This document shows, one piece after another, positions 45,087 through 55,573 of a DNA stretch of 64,000 nucleotides; the first letter of the stretch is position 1; each line of letters starts with the position of its first letter. The DNA is taken from contig JBJMOW010000005.1 of NCBI GenBank assembly GCA_045803545.1, forward strand, positions 1,344,001 to 1,408,000, written 5' to 3'. The DNA is from Gemmatimonadaceae bacterium (GTDB lineage: Bacteria > Gemmatimonadota > Gemmatimonadetes > Gemmatimonadales > Gemmatimonadaceae). A program made the position numbers and the translations under genes. The notes under the pieces are model-generated. The model was not told where the DNA came from, did not search any database, and saw nothing but the letters and a program-made list of their open reading frames with translations.

Positions 45087-47837
45087 CTACTGTGCGAGTG
45101 ATATTGCTGTCAGCGCTCGATCGATCCTCACTTTGGATTCCGCGAAATGCGCGCGCGTCTCGAGATCGAGAGCAGGCGAACTTTGTGCCGCTGCCAGTCG
45201 CCGAGACAGACGCGTCAGCTCGTAGCGCGCCAATGCCCGCGCATCCTCGGGCGCATCGGACAGCGGCGCGGCTCCGCCCGCCGTCGCTGAATCGTGGCTC
45301 GGCATCAACATCTGTGTGAACCGTCCTATATATGTGCGTTGCAGATTGCGTCTGAACGAATCGACATTCCGCAGGCGTTGGCCGCCGGTGCCGAGCTCGG
45401 ACCAGATCGCGCTAGTCAATGTCTCAAACAGTTCACCGACAGTGTAAGCTGGCTCGCCGTTGGGCATTCGCGCGGTGTTGTCGACAATCCGTCGCAGTCT
45501 TGGCGGCGCGAGCAGTTCATCAAGCAGCGCCCCTTGCAGCCCGGCGACAATATCGTGCACTGGATAGTCCACCGGCCCGTTGAACGAGTCTCCGAGATCG
45601 AAATGTGCCCAACGATTCGGTGCCAAATGGTTCAGTCGGTCGGGATCGAGTTTCATTGCGCCTGCGGCGAATGCGCCGTCGACTATGAGCTTCACCGCTT
45701 CCCGCTGCTTGGCCGCAGGCACTGGGACGAACGGCGCGCGCCCATTCGGATCACCGTTGTGATCGCGAGCGGTATACAGACCGCCAACGGTTTTCGTAAC
45801 AGGCAGCAACGCGTTTAGCCGCTCGAACAGCAGACTCGTAGTAGCGTTGCGCAGTCGTTGATAGCCTTCACCGTCAGCAATCAAGCGAGTTTGCAGTCGT
45901 GGTTGAACGTATTGGATGAGAGCGATCCGGTCGCGAGCATATGCCACTGGTTCTGAGCCGAGGTCGCCCGCATTCGACAGCGGATCAACGGCGAATGGAC
46001 CCAGCCAGTTGTCCTCGTCGGTGCCGTAGGTGTGCAGGGGCTCCGCCGCTTCGGCAGCGATGTGCCGCAGTGCAATTGCTTCATCCTCAGTGCGGGACAC
46101 CGGCATTCCGCTCGTGGGAAGCACTCCGTCCCCTGAAGTCGGTGGACTGGCTTGTTGATACACGGGCGCGTACGCGTAGCGAATCGCCCAGAGGTCATAC
46201 GAGCCCACGACCTTTCCGAAGTAGTCGCCCTGACGTTTGGGGTCGATCGCAACATTGACGGGCGGGTAGTCCATTACCGACAGAGTGAGCCCGTTGCGGT
46301 GGGTGAATGTCGTGTCGTTCAGCCGGTCGTATGGTGTGCCGGTTGACGATTTGAAGTTGTGTCGAAGTCCAAGCGTGTGTCCAACTTCGTGCATGACGAC
46401 CCAGCGTAACGCGTCTCCGATGTACTTCTCGGGCATCGGTTCGCCAGGAGCGAGGGTCCCCAAGCCGGTCAGAAATGCGTACTGGACCGCGAGCTGATGT
46501 CCCATCGAAGCTTCCGCCACACACTCCCGTGCTGCGAGCGCGGCAGGAAGCCGCGACCTCGAATTCAAAGCGGGGAAGATCTCAGCCTTCCACGCCTGCG
46601 GGCCGGAGAGTCGGTCGTATTCGTTTTGCCACGCCCGTACAAACTCCCATGATATGAGGATATCAGCGTTGAGAATTTCGCCGGTGCGCGGGTCCGTCGT
46701 CGACGGACCAATCGCGTATCCCATCCGATGCGCGGCGGTCCAGCGCACAGTCGAATAGCGCATATCCTCGGCGCTCCACGTCGTGTCGTCGGGCGCGTCT
46801 TTCACGACGATGGCGTTGGAGATTCCCGCCGCCTCAAAGGCGCGGTTCCATCCCAGAATGCCCTCGCGCACGTATTGCCGATATTGCATGGGCACGCTGC
46901 GGTCGATGTAGTACACGATCGGCTGCACCGGATCCGAAACTGCTTTCGAGTGATCCTTCTTCTCGAGACGCCAGCGATCGACGTATCGAAGGTACGGATC
47001 GGGCTGGCGGTCTCGTGAGAAGTCTTCGACGGCCTCGAGGAATTGTCCAACGCGATCGTCAGCAATGCGCGGACGCATCGGATTCTCGGGAAGCGCGATC
47101 AGCGAATAGCGCACACCCACTGGCAGCCAGCGGTAATCCGAGAGGGCGTCGGAACCGCGTGGGGGCGGCTCGGCGGCGTCAAAGGTGAGCTCGCCGTCGA
47201 TTTCCACATTCCGCGGGAAGCCCATTACGTGACCGACATAACTGCGGTCTTTATCGAAGGTTCCCGGCTTCTTGTCCCACTCGAACTTCAGCGCGGTGCT
47301 GATATCGGCGTAGTCGGACGCGATGAAAGGCGTTGCATTGATAAGAACTGCTTTGGTCGTATCGTTCTCGCTCTCGATCTTGAAGACCGCTACCGTCGAA
47401 TTGCCGACGTTGCCTTCCTGCGATGTGCGCATCGGTGATGCTGAATCCGAGGTGAAGCGCGGGTTGCGGCGAACGAGTCGGACCTGGTCGCCAGCGCGGG
47501 CGAAGTGCACGAGCTGCAAGTCGGTAAGCGGCAGTCCCTGATGCAGATCATAATCGCCGATGCCGTGGCTCAAGTGCATGCCGAGCCCGAACTCTCGATT
47601 GAACTGTTCGGGCCGCAGCTCAATGTAGAGAGTGTTGTCGCGTTTGAGATGGGTAATGAAATATCCATCGATGCGCCGACTGTCCTTGAGCGTCGAGTCC
47701 CAGGACGCGAACGGGCCTTTTTTCTCCGGGGCCTTCGCCTGCTGCGGCGCGGGGGCGGACGCTGCGTGGAGTCGCGTACAGCCTTGAACCGCGAGGAGGA
47801 GGAGCACTGCGGCGAGAGCGCGAGACGCGACGGTCAT
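45087..47837 (-). CDS. zinc-dependent metalloprotease (DUF5117/EcxA-type metzincin), lipoprotein
   Basis: DPRTGEILNAD; HEVGHTLGLRHN; Met-turn SVMDY; YDLWAIRYAY. Confidence 0.92.
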   Translation of the reverse strand: MTVASRALAAVLLLLAVQGCTRLHAASAPAPQQAKAPEKKGPFASWDSTLKDSRRIDGYFITHLKRDNTLYIELRPEQFNREFGLGMHLSHGIGDYDLHQGLPLTDLQLVHFARAGDQVRLVRRNPRFTSDSASPMRTSQEGNVGNSTVAVFKIESENDTTKAVLINATPFIASDYADISTALKFEWDKKPGTFDKDRSYVGHVMGFPRNVEIDGELTFDAAEPPPRGSDALSDYRWLPVGVRYSLIALPENPMRPRIADDRVGQFLEAVEDFSRDRQPDPYLRYVDRWRLEKKDHSKAVSDPVQPIVYYIDRSVPMQYRQYVREGILGWNRAFEAAGISNAIVVKDAPDDTTWSAEDMRYSTVRWTAAHRMGYAIGPSTTDPRTGEILNADILISWEFVRAWQNEYDRLSGPQAWKAEIFPALNSRSRLPAALAARECVAEASMGHQLAVQYAFLTGLGTLAPGEPMPEKYIGDALRWVVMHEVGHTLGLRHNFKSSTGTPYDRLNDTTFTHRNGLTLSVMDYPPVNVAIDPKRQGDYFGKVVGSYDLWAIRYAYAPVYQQASPPTSGDGVLPTSGMPVSRTEDEAIALRHIAAEAAEPLHTYGTDEDNWLGPFAVDPLSNAGDLGSEPVAYARDRIALIQYVQPRLQTRLIADGEGYQRLRNATTSLLFERLNALLPVTKTVGGLYTARDHNGDPNGRAPFVPVPAAKQREAVKLIVDGAFAAGAMKLDPDRLNHLAPNRWAHFDLGDSFNGPVDYPVHDIVAGLQGALLDELLAPPRLRRIVDNTARMPNGEPAYTVGELFETLTSAIWSELGTGGQRLRNVDSFRRNLQRTYIGRFTQMLMPSHDSATAGGAAPLSDAPEDARALARYELTRLSRRLAAAQSSPALDLETRAHFAESKVRIDRALTAISLAQ

Positions 47838-48003
47838 ACGAACCTCCTCGAACTGCGACTTGATCCAGTACCGGATCAAGCTGAGGGTTTACCTCAGCCC
47901 GCCACGCTAAGCCATCTTTTTCGCGGAGTCAACGAGAAAAAACCTCCGGCACCCGTTGATGTAACCTGCACGTCATGTTCGGCGTTGGCAGTCGTCCGCT
48001 CCC

Positions 48004-48093
48004 TTATCGAGCCGCCACGAACTGTTTCGCGCGCAGCAGCTCCGGTCGACTTCCGTCGATGTGTGTCATTAACGTGATGTATTGCGCGTACCA
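48004..48093 (-). pseudogene. 3' remnant of a probable TPR-type helical protein gene
   Basis: WYAQYITLMTHIDGSRPELLRAKQFVAAR* with no plausible start. Confidence 0.45.
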
Positions 48094-48240
48094 AGATGGC
48101 CGCGAAGATGGGGTCGATGGGCTACCCATTTTATTACTTTGAAAATACCGATTGTGGGCATGGAAGTGGCGGTCACCATCGACCAGCAGGCAAAGGATTG
48201 GGCTCTCATTCATACCTATTTATGGCATCAGCTGCAGTGA
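48093..48240 (+). pseudogene. 3' remnant of a prolyl oligopeptidase (S9A) gene with a frameshift
   Basis: KMAAKMGSMGYPFYYFENTDCGHGSG, then after a +1 shift at about 48171, VTIDQQAKDWALIHTYLWHQLQ*. Confidence 0.75.
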
Positions 48241-48263
48241 AGCGCTCACTGGCGGAACTACGA

Positions 48264-48746
48264 ATGAAGTGGTGCGGTTTGATTGCGTTATTGGTGCCGG
48301 TGATGATTGTCGGCGCCTCATGCAGCCGCACGTCTTCCGCACCACAACCATGTCTTCAATTCTCTTCTGATCTGATGCCGGATCTTGCGGGCGGTTTGAT
48401 CAGAAAGGATTTCAGGATTGCAAATGCCTGGGCGGTCAAGTCCGATCAAATGATCGACTCGAGTGGTGTGAAGTTTCCCGCCTACTTCCTGTCGGCAGAC
48501 ATTATTGCGCCCAGTGGTGAAGCCGTCCCCGCTACCTGGGTTACGACGCAAATCGCGAAGCCGGGGCTGATTTGGTCGATCTCACCGCAGGCGAAGAAGT
48601 ACACGAGCTGGGCGAAGGCGGGAGACTCGTCGACGGCAGGAATCACGATGGAGAGCGTGGGCGCGAAAGCGTCGGTCGTCTGCGTGCTCAACGGCCGCGC
48701 AACTTCGCCCCGGGCAGGTGTCACTCCGAAGTCAATAACGCCCTGA
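48264..48746 (+). CDS. hypothetical lipoprotein
   Basis: MKWCGLIALLVPVMIVGASC signal; the upstream in-frame part belongs to the peptidase remnant. Confidence 0.7.
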   Translation: MKWCGLIALLVPVMIVGASCSRTSSAPQPCLQFSSDLMPDLAGGLIRKDFRIANAWAVKSDQMIDSSGVKFPAYFLSADIIAPSGEAVPATWVTTQIAKPGLIWSISPQAKKYTSWAKAGDSSTAGITMESVGAKASVVCVLNGRATSPRAGVTPKSITP

Positions 48747-48758
48747 GCCTCGACGAGA

Positions 48759-51428
48759 TCAGCGCCCGATCCAGTAGGTCGCCTTTATAAGGAAGACGTT
48801 CGTCGGCACGGTGCGGAAGATCGCGTCGACGTCTCGGCGGGCGCTGAAATCACCGAACGGCTCGAACGCGCTGCGCTGTTGCTGCCATACGACGAATAGC
48901 GCGGAGCCGGGACGGTACTCCCAGCGAAGGACGGCGTTGCCGCGAAGATTGCGAATGTTGAACGCGGGATCGCCGAACTGGAATGACGGCGACGGACCCG
49001 CGCCATCCGGGTCGACGGTGTAAACGCCATCCGCAGCGCGAGAGATCGTTCCCTTGTCCACGCCGTAAATGCCGAACGCATACTGACTGGGCCTGAGGAA
49101 CTCCTTGAAATCGTAATAACGACCCGCCGACACGAATGGCTGGGCGTAGAGCTGCAGACTCACGTCCGTCGTGAAGGTCCAGTCGACTCGCGTGTCCAGC
49201 GCCAGCGTCGACTGATGCAGATCGGCGAAGACGTAGCGCGTACCGTAGGTGTCGGTCGCCATTGGGTCCGCGACGCTGCGGACGTACTGGCCGGTGATGT
49301 GACTCAAAGTGTAGCTGGGGCCGAGTACGACGTGGATATAGCTCGATGGTCTGGTGTCGACGCCCAGAGTGTAGCCGACCGTTTTGCCGCCGGCGTTGTT
49401 CCAGGAGTAGGATGGACTGGCGGTGATCGAAATCGGTTTGCGCGTATCCGAGGTGAGATTGACCAAAACGCTGCCCCCGGCCGGGCTCAAGGCAATTGGT
49501 CCGCCGCGCGTGAACCGATCGTTGAAGTACGCCGGATACCACGCCACTGTCCCGTTCGTTTGCCAGAAGTTGGTCAGCGTCGAGAACGCGTTGAGCGCAA
49601 CTTCCTTGAAGGTCGATGTGCCGCCGAAGTTCCACGCCTCGTTCGCGTACGCGGCGTAACCGAATTGGGTGAAGTGCTTGCCCTGCTGATAATCCTGGTA
49701 CCCGTAGTAAGCGGACAAAGCCTGCACATCGGCGCGACCGACGAAGCCAATGTCGTTGACCTCGAAGCCCGGGCTCAGCTCCTTGTAGGCGAGCGAGCCG
49801 TACCATGTGCCTTGCTTGGCGAGCGCAACCTCGCCGGTGTGACCGGCGAGCGAGTTTCGGGTCGGATCGAAATGGAGATACGACGCGTCGGGCCGCTGAT
49901 AGTAGTGGGTGCTATTGAGCTGGGTCTCCGCAATCGCGTCGCGACTGCCTTCGACGAGAGTGCCGGCGAGAAAGCCGCTCAGAACCCAGTTCTTCTGCTG
50001 CATGTCGTGCTCGAAGTCGAGACCGGCAAAGCTCGCGTTTGCGCGTAGTGCCGATTTGAAAACCGGATCCGACAAGTCCCGCGCGGTCGATGTCACCATC
50101 GTTCCGATGACGGTTGCTCCCTCGCGGAAATCGCGTTTGAGCCGGCCGGCGAAATAATTCGTGAGCGGCTCGACAGCGCTATTCGAGATGCCCGATGTCG
50201 TAAGGATCCGCGCCTGGGCCTTGGGCGTCACGGCATCGAGCAGACCAACGGTCCACGGTCCGGCTTTCCCGGTGACTTTGGCAGCGCCGGCAATCGTCGC
50301 TTGCTCGGGCTGATCGACAAACAACACGCCCGGCGCAGCCGCATTGAGCTGAGGCTGGCGACCGATTCGGCGTGAATAGAAGTAGTTGACGAACCCATAG
50401 TCGTTGTTGAGGACGACCTGGCCAAAGTTCAACACGTCCGATCCCTCGAGAAAGAACGGCCGCTTCTCGGGGAAGAAAGTTTCGAACGCGGAGAGATTGA
50501 CCACCGACGGATCGACTTCCACCTGGCCGAAGTCGGGATTCAACGTTACCGTCAGCGTCAGCGCCGCGGGCAAACCGTAACGCAGATCGGCGCCTCCACC
50601 GAGCTTGATCTGATTCGATTTGGAAAACGGGTTGGAGGCTACGACTGGAGCGCGGGTCAATCGCGTGCTCACGTACGGCAGCACCTCCAAGCGCTGGCGC
50701 GGCGGAATGTCGCTGAGCCCGGTAAGATCTCCGAAGCGCGACACGAATCCTGACGACTGTGGCGTCCACGGAGACCAACTGTCGCGCTCGTTGCGACGCG
50801 CGACGTCGCGCATGATTTGAAAGCCCCAGACGTGGTCCTGTCCCCGCGTCTCACCACCGAAGCGAAGCTGCGACAGGGGAATCCGATATTCGGCGACCCA
50901 CCCGAGCGAGTCGATGCGCGTTGCGACTTCCCACACCGCATCCCAGTTGGTGTCTTCGTTGAAATCGTTCGAGGTGTAGACATCCTTCTTCACGCCGCGT
51001 GGATTGGTCGTGAAGCGAAACGCGGTTCGCCGGTCGTGATACGAATCGATGATCAGGTGCACCCAGTCCGAGTAAATACCCGACGCATCTCGGCGCGCGA
51101 GCTGGGCGACGATCGAATCCGGATGAGAGTCATACATGCGGACGCCGACATAAAGCGCGGCATCGTCGTAGAGAACGCGGGCTACGGTCGGGTCGGTGGG
51201 TTTCGCACCTTGCTGTGGATAGCTCTGGGTAAAGGCATCGATTACTGGAGCCGCTTGCCATGCCGGCTCATCGAGCTTGCCGTCGATGATGATGCTTCCC
51301 GTTCGTCGCGCCGCCATTCCGACACGAAGTCGCGCGCTATCCGCCGTGGCAGTGGATCTCGACTGCGCGTAGGAAATTGACGGCGCTGCCAATTGAAATG
51401 CGAGAACACAGACGATCGATTTCTTCAT
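48759..51428 (-). CDS. CBM9-like plus DUF5916 outer-membrane protein
   Basis: IDGKLDEPAW; WVAEYRIPLSQLRF; NPDFGQVEVD; FFPEKRPFFLEG; LRWEYRPGS. Confidence 0.88.
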   Translation of the reverse strand: MKKSIVCVLAFQLAAPSISYAQSRSTATADSARLRVGMAARRTGSIIIDGKLDEPAWQAAPVIDAFTQSYPQQGAKPTDPTVARVLYDDAALYVGVRMYDSHPDSIVAQLARRDASGIYSDWVHLIIDSYHDRRTAFRFTTNPRGVKKDVYTSNDFNEDTNWDAVWEVATRIDSLGWVAEYRIPLSQLRFGGETRGQDHVWGFQIMRDVARRNERDSWSPWTPQSSGFVSRFGDLTGLSDIPPRQRLEVLPYVSTRLTRAPVVASNPFSKSNQIKLGGGADLRYGLPAALTLTVTLNPDFGQVEVDPSVVNLSAFETFFPEKRPFFLEGSDVLNFGQVVLNNDYGFVNYFYSRRIGRQPQLNAAAPGVLFVDQPEQATIAGAAKVTGKAGPWTVGLLDAVTPKAQARILTTSGISNSAVEPLTNYFAGRLKRDFREGATVIGTMVTSTARDLSDPVFKSALRANASFAGLDFEHDMQQKNWVLSGFLAGTLVEGSRDAIAETQLNSTHYYQRPDASYLHFDPTRNSLAGHTGEVALAKQGTWYGSLAYKELSPGFEVNDIGFVGRADVQALSAYYGYQDYQQGKHFTQFGYAAYANEAWNFGGTSTFKEVALNAFSTLTNFWQTNGTVAWYPAYFNDRFTRGGPIALSPAGGSVLVNLTSDTRKPISITASPSYSWNNAGGKTVGYTLGVDTRPSSYIHVVLGPSYTLSHITGQYVRSVADPMATDTYGTRYVFADLHQSTLALDTRVDWTFTTDVSLQLYAQPFVSAGRYYDFKEFLRPSQYAFGIYGVDKGTISRAADGVYTVDPDGAGPSPSFQFGDPAFNIRNLRGNAVLRWEYRPGSALFVVWQQQRSAFEPFGDFSARRDVDAIFRTVPTNVFLIKATYWIGR

Positions 51429-51513
51429 GCCGACCAGCCGCGAGTCTTGACGCCGAGTTAGTCACATCGGCACCGCGAAAGGTGACCGCGAAAAGGCTAT
51501 AGTAAGGGTCTCG

Positions 51514-51545
51514 AACAAAAAAGGCTGGCCTCGCGGCCAGCCTTT
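51514..51545 (-). terminator. intrinsic terminator of the TPR gene
   Basis: Minus strand GGCTGGCC-GCGA-GGCCAGCC-TTTTTT. Confidence 0.85.
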
Positions 51546-51566
51546 CCTTGCTTCCCCCTCACGCTG

Positions 51567-53072
51567 CTAGCCTGCTCTCTTGCGCGCGTCGTTCTTCACC
51601 AACGCAGCGTTAGCACCGTTGAAGTTCCAGCCTGCCACGCGCTGGAAATACTCCTTCGCCTCCGCCTTGCGTCCTGCTCCGTCCAGTGCGAGTCCGCGAT
51701 AGTACCAGAGATACGGATCATCCCGATTCGCTTCAGCGTAATGATCGGAGGCTGACTGGAAGTTGGCCTGTAGGAAATCAGCCAACGCGAGGAGCTCATG
51801 CGCTGTCTCGTTCTTGCGCGGGCTTTGATCCTGTGCAACCAGCGTCATGATGTCCTTCGCCTTGGCGCGTGTGGCTGCGTAGTCACCGCGACGCGCCGCC
51901 AACATGCCTTCCCAATACGCAATAGTGACTTCACCATTGCGACGGAATGCGTCTGAACGTCCCTCTTCTGACGCCTGCGTTCGAGTAATCTCCCGCAACT
52001 GACCGATCGCACGCTCCGCAACATCGAAATGGCGATTGTGCAGCGCAATTCTCGCCTCCGACGCCAGTGCAAAGAGCTGCGCTCCGCGCGCATTGGGAAT
52101 GTTCTGATCGACGGTGCTTGCTACCTGCTCGAGCTCTGCTTCGGCCGCAGCTGGATCATTGGCGTACACGCTCACCAGCGCTCTGAATACCGCATACTGC
52201 GGCTTGAGTGTCGCATCCGACAGCTCGATGGCCCGGTCGTAGTCGGCGCGTGCCTCGGCAAAGTTGCCAAGGAATGAGTTGACATGCCCACGCTGCTGAA
52301 AGCCTTCACCGCGATTCGGCGCGAGCTCGGCCATGCGAGTGTATTCAGCGCGCGCTTGCGGGAGCTTGTTCTCGGCGCGGTACACATCACCCATGTAATC
52401 GTGCACTACGGCTTCGTTCGGCTGCAGCGCGACCGCCTTTCGAATGTAGGCATCGGCCTTGGCAATGTCCCGTGGCTCTGTCAGCAGGTAGGAATTGCCG
52501 AGCTGGATCCACGCCTGCGGGTAACTCGGATCAACCTGCGTTGCGCGCGCGAGCGTCGCCCGTGATTCCGCGCGCTTGTTGGCATTGAACTGCGCGCCCG
52601 CCAGATACAAATACACGCGCGGGTTTTCCGGCATCGCTCGTGCTGCCTGCTCGGCGAGCTCGATCTGACCCGTTACATCATTGTCCGCATTCTTGCGCTC
52701 GGCGCGAATCCACAGCTGCTCGGCCGGCGTCGCACCATCGAGTGCGCCAACTGCCGCGTCGAGATGCGTCTTATAGTCGGCGAGCGATGCACCATTGAAA
52801 GCCGCGTAGAGCTGACCGATTGCGAAGTTTGGATCCGCGACGACGGCGTTGTCGAAGTGAGTGCGGGCGGCGATGAACCGCTCGGCGTCAAGGTCGCGCA
52901 ATCCCTGGTAGAATTCATCGCGCGCCGCCGGCGAAGACTTGCCGATCGAGCTTGCGTGCCAGGGTATCGCCGCGGCAATGGCAGCCGGTGCCTGCGCGGT
53001 GATGGTGCTGGTGGTTAATACTCCCGTGAGAAGGAATGCGAGAGCAGTGGAGAAAAGTCGAACACGAGGCAT
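51567..53072 (-). CDS. secreted tetratricopeptide repeat protein
   Basis: Signal peptide; multiple TPR motifs (AWIQLGNSY, HDYMGDVY, YYRGLAL); AGGAGG RBS. Confidence 0.88.
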   Translation of the reverse strand: MPRVRLFSTALAFLLTGVLTTSTITAQAPAAIAAAIPWHASSIGKSSPAARDEFYQGLRDLDAERFIAARTHFDNAVVADPNFAIGQLYAAFNGASLADYKTHLDAAVGALDGATPAEQLWIRAERKNADNDVTGQIELAEQAARAMPENPRVYLYLAGAQFNANKRAESRATLARATQVDPSYPQAWIQLGNSYLLTEPRDIAKADAYIRKAVALQPNEAVVHDYMGDVYRAENKLPQARAEYTRMAELAPNRGEGFQQRGHVNSFLGNFAEARADYDRAIELSDATLKPQYAVFRALVSVYANDPAAAEAELEQVASTVDQNIPNARGAQLFALASEARIALHNRHFDVAERAIGQLREITRTQASEEGRSDAFRRNGEVTIAYWEGMLAARRGDYAATRAKAKDIMTLVAQDQSPRKNETAHELLALADFLQANFQSASDHYAEANRDDPYLWYYRGLALDGAGRKAEAKEYFQRVAGWNFNGANAALVKNDARKRAG

Positions 53073-53239
53073 TGATAGCCTCCTTTAAAGGGACTTCGAA
53101 TATCAGAGGCGTGCATGGTGGCGGCAACGCTCGGATGCGCGACGAGGCGATGTTTTACCGGATATTCATGTTGTAACAACCGACGTGCATCCGGCCGCCC
53201 GCCTTTTTGCGCATCTTATTTTCTCACACACCATCGACT

Positions 53240-55051
53240 ATGAGAGAGAACGACTACAGCGTCTTGCGGCTGACAACGATCCTGGCGCTTTGCGCAGTAA
53301 CGCTCGCCTGCACCGCCGACACCGGTAGCAGCGGCGCCTCGAGCACCGCGTCATCAACCACCTCGTCTTCTACGACAGCGTTGTCCGGAAAGGATCCGAC
53401 ATTCGCCCGCTTCGTCGACACTTACTTCGACTCGACCTACGCCTTCGCTCCATCAGGAGGCACAGCTGCCGGCTTCCACCAGTACGACAACAAAGTCGAA
53501 GACTTCTCGGCAGCGAATGTCAGGCGAAGAATTACGACGCTGCATGCGGAGCTGCATCAGCTCGATTCCATCCGCGCGACCAAGCTCGTGCTCGATGATT
53601 CGATCGACGCCGCGATCATCGACGGCGCCATCAGATCGGAGCTCCAGGACGAGGAAGAGATCGGCAACTGGAAAAAGAATCCGATGAATTACGTCGGCCT
53701 GCCTGGCAACGCCGTCGATCTCCTGATGAAGCGCAACTTCGCCTCGTCGGTGGAGAGATTGAGATCGGTGACCGCGCGCCTGCGCGGAATGCCCGCTGTG
53801 CTCGGCGAGATGCGCACAAACGTCGTCAATCCGCCCAGGGAGTTCACCGACCTGGCCGTGCGGATCGCAGCCGGCTCGGTGGGATTCTTCAAGGACGACG
53901 TCGCCAAATGGGCGAAGGGCGCGGCGGGCAGCGACTCGGCGGCGCTGCGCGAATTCACGCAGGTGAACGATTCGGTGGTGACGTCGATGCAGGGCGCGGC
54001 CGACTGGCTCAAGACGACGATGCTACCCAAGTCCAACGGGAAGTATGCGATCGGCGCCAAGGCATTCGCCGACAAGCTGCGTTATGACGAGATGGTAGAC
54101 ATACCCTTGCCGAGGCTGCTCTCGATTGGCGAGGCGCAGCTGGACAAGGATTACAAGGCGTTCGTGGCGACGGCGCAGGAAGTGGCGCCAGGCAAGACGC
54201 CGCAGGAAGCGATGGAAACCTTGAACGCCGATCATCCGACTGCGGCGAACCTGCTTCCATCAGCCAAATCCACTATCGAAGGCCTGCGCCAATTTCTCAT
54301 CGACAAGAAGATCGTCGACATTCCATCCAGTGTGCGTCCGATCGTGAGCGAGACGCCGCCCTATGCGCGGAGCGGAACCTTCGCCAGCATGGACACGCCG
54401 GGTGCGTACGAAACCAAGGCGACGGAAGCCTTTTATTACGTGACGCCGCCGGAGAAGGATTGGGACGCCAAGCACGTCGAAGAGCATCTCAAACTGTACA
54501 ACAAGAGCGTAATGAACATCATCACCGTGCACGAAGTTTTTCCCGGCCATTTCCTCCAGTTCATCTACGCGCCGCAGTTCCCGACCAAGACACGCAAGCT
54601 ACTCGGCGCCTCGAGCAACGCCGAAGGTTGGGCGCACTATGGTGAGCAGATGATGGTGGAGGAAGGATTCGGAAACGGCGATCCGAAGACCCGTCTCGCA
54701 CAGCTGTCGGAGGCGCTGCTTCGCGATTGTCGCTGGGTGGTGGGGATGCGAGAACACACGATGAGCCTGACCGTGCAGCAGGGTGCGGATCAGTATTTCA
54801 CGAAGAAGTGTTTTCAGCAGCCGGCCAATGCGTACGAGGAAGCGCGTCGTGGCGCGTACAATCCCACCTATCTCTACTATACGCTGGGGAAGTTGGAGAT
54901 CTACAAGTTGCGGTCGGATTATCAGAAGCTTCGTGGCGCGAATTACTCCTTACGCGAATTCCACGATGCGTTCGTGAAGCAGGGTGCGCCGCCGATCAAG
55001 ATTGTAAGGCGGCTGCTACTGCCGAACGATTCGAGCTCGGTGCTGCGGTGA
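53240..55051 (+). CDS. DUF885 family lipoprotein (putative metallopeptidase)
   Basis: Lipobox TLAC; HEVFPGH; EGWAHYGE; YTLGKLEI; start could be TTG 53264. Confidence 0.9.
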   Translation: MRENDYSVLRLTTILALCAVTLACTADTGSSGASSTASSTTSSSTTALSGKDPTFARFVDTYFDSTYAFAPSGGTAAGFHQYDNKVEDFSAANVRRRITTLHAELHQLDSIRATKLVLDDSIDAAIIDGAIRSELQDEEEIGNWKKNPMNYVGLPGNAVDLLMKRNFASSVERLRSVTARLRGMPAVLGEMRTNVVNPPREFTDLAVRIAAGSVGFFKDDVAKWAKGAAGSDSAALREFTQVNDSVVTSMQGAADWLKTTMLPKSNGKYAIGAKAFADKLRYDEMVDIPLPRLLSIGEAQLDKDYKAFVATAQEVAPGKTPQEAMETLNADHPTAANLLPSAKSTIEGLRQFLIDKKIVDIPSSVRPIVSETPPYARSGTFASMDTPGAYETKATEAFYYVTPPEKDWDAKHVEEHLKLYNKSVMNIITVHEVFPGHFLQFIYAPQFPTKTRKLLGASSNAEGWAHYGEQMMVEEGFGNGDPKTRLAQLSEALLRDCRWVVGMREHTMSLTVQQGADQYFTKKCFQQPANAYEEARRGAYNPTYLYYTLGKLEIYKLRSDYQKLRGANYSLREFHDAFVKQGAPPIKIVRRLLLPNDSSSVLR

Positions 55052-55188
55052 ACGTATTCTGCCGCGAGGCTAATGCCAGGTGCCGATGGTGGTGAATGGC
55101 CTTTGAAATGCGCCTCGGCGGCCCCGCGTATTGAAATCAATGCGGCAATTATATCGCTCAGCTTTCCACTCATTAGAACGGAGTTGTT

Positions 55189-55524
55189 ATGAAAGCATTG
55201 TCACTTCTTCTGACATTGGCTGTGCTCGCTGCTTGTGTCCAGAGTCCCACTGCCCCATTAGCGCAAACGAACGCTCGCGCGAATCGGCTGTCCGTGCCTT
55301 CCGCGACGATAAGCGAAGCCAGAAATCCCTCGGGCACTGGTCAGCCGAGCCAGAGTTGCGGGTCCGCCACCGCCCAGACTGGGCCCAATGGTTTCGGTAC
55401 CGGTGGTTTTTCGAACGCCGAAGCCCACTACGCCGGGAGCGACGGCACACCATCTCTGGCGAATGGTAACTCACACGCAGTATCGCAGTACGACGTAGCC
55501 TGCTACCAGAAATCCAACAACTAG
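55189..55524 (+). CDS. small lipoprotein of unknown function
   Basis: GGAG RBS; lipobox LAAC; C-terminal AVSQYDVAC with a second Cys. Confidence 0.75.
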   Translation: MKALSLLLTLAVLAACVQSPTAPLAQTNARANRLSVPSATISEARNPSGTGQPSQSCGSATAQTGPNGFGTGGFSNAEAHYAGSDGTPSLANGNSHAVSQYDVACYQKSNN

Positions 55525-55540
55525 CGAAGCTCCAACTTAG

Positions 55541-55564
55541 GCCCGTGCCCGCGCGGGCACGGGC
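55541..55564. terminator. GC-rich hairpin between convergent genes
   Basis: GCCCGTGCCC-GCGC-GGGCACGGGC perfect palindrome; weak U tract. Confidence 0.6.
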
Positions 55565-55573
55565 GTTAGAGAT

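Noticed and set aside
48096..48746. 216-aa ORF as a single gene
   Set aside because: The first part is a frameshifted peptidase remnant; the real signal peptide begins at 48264.
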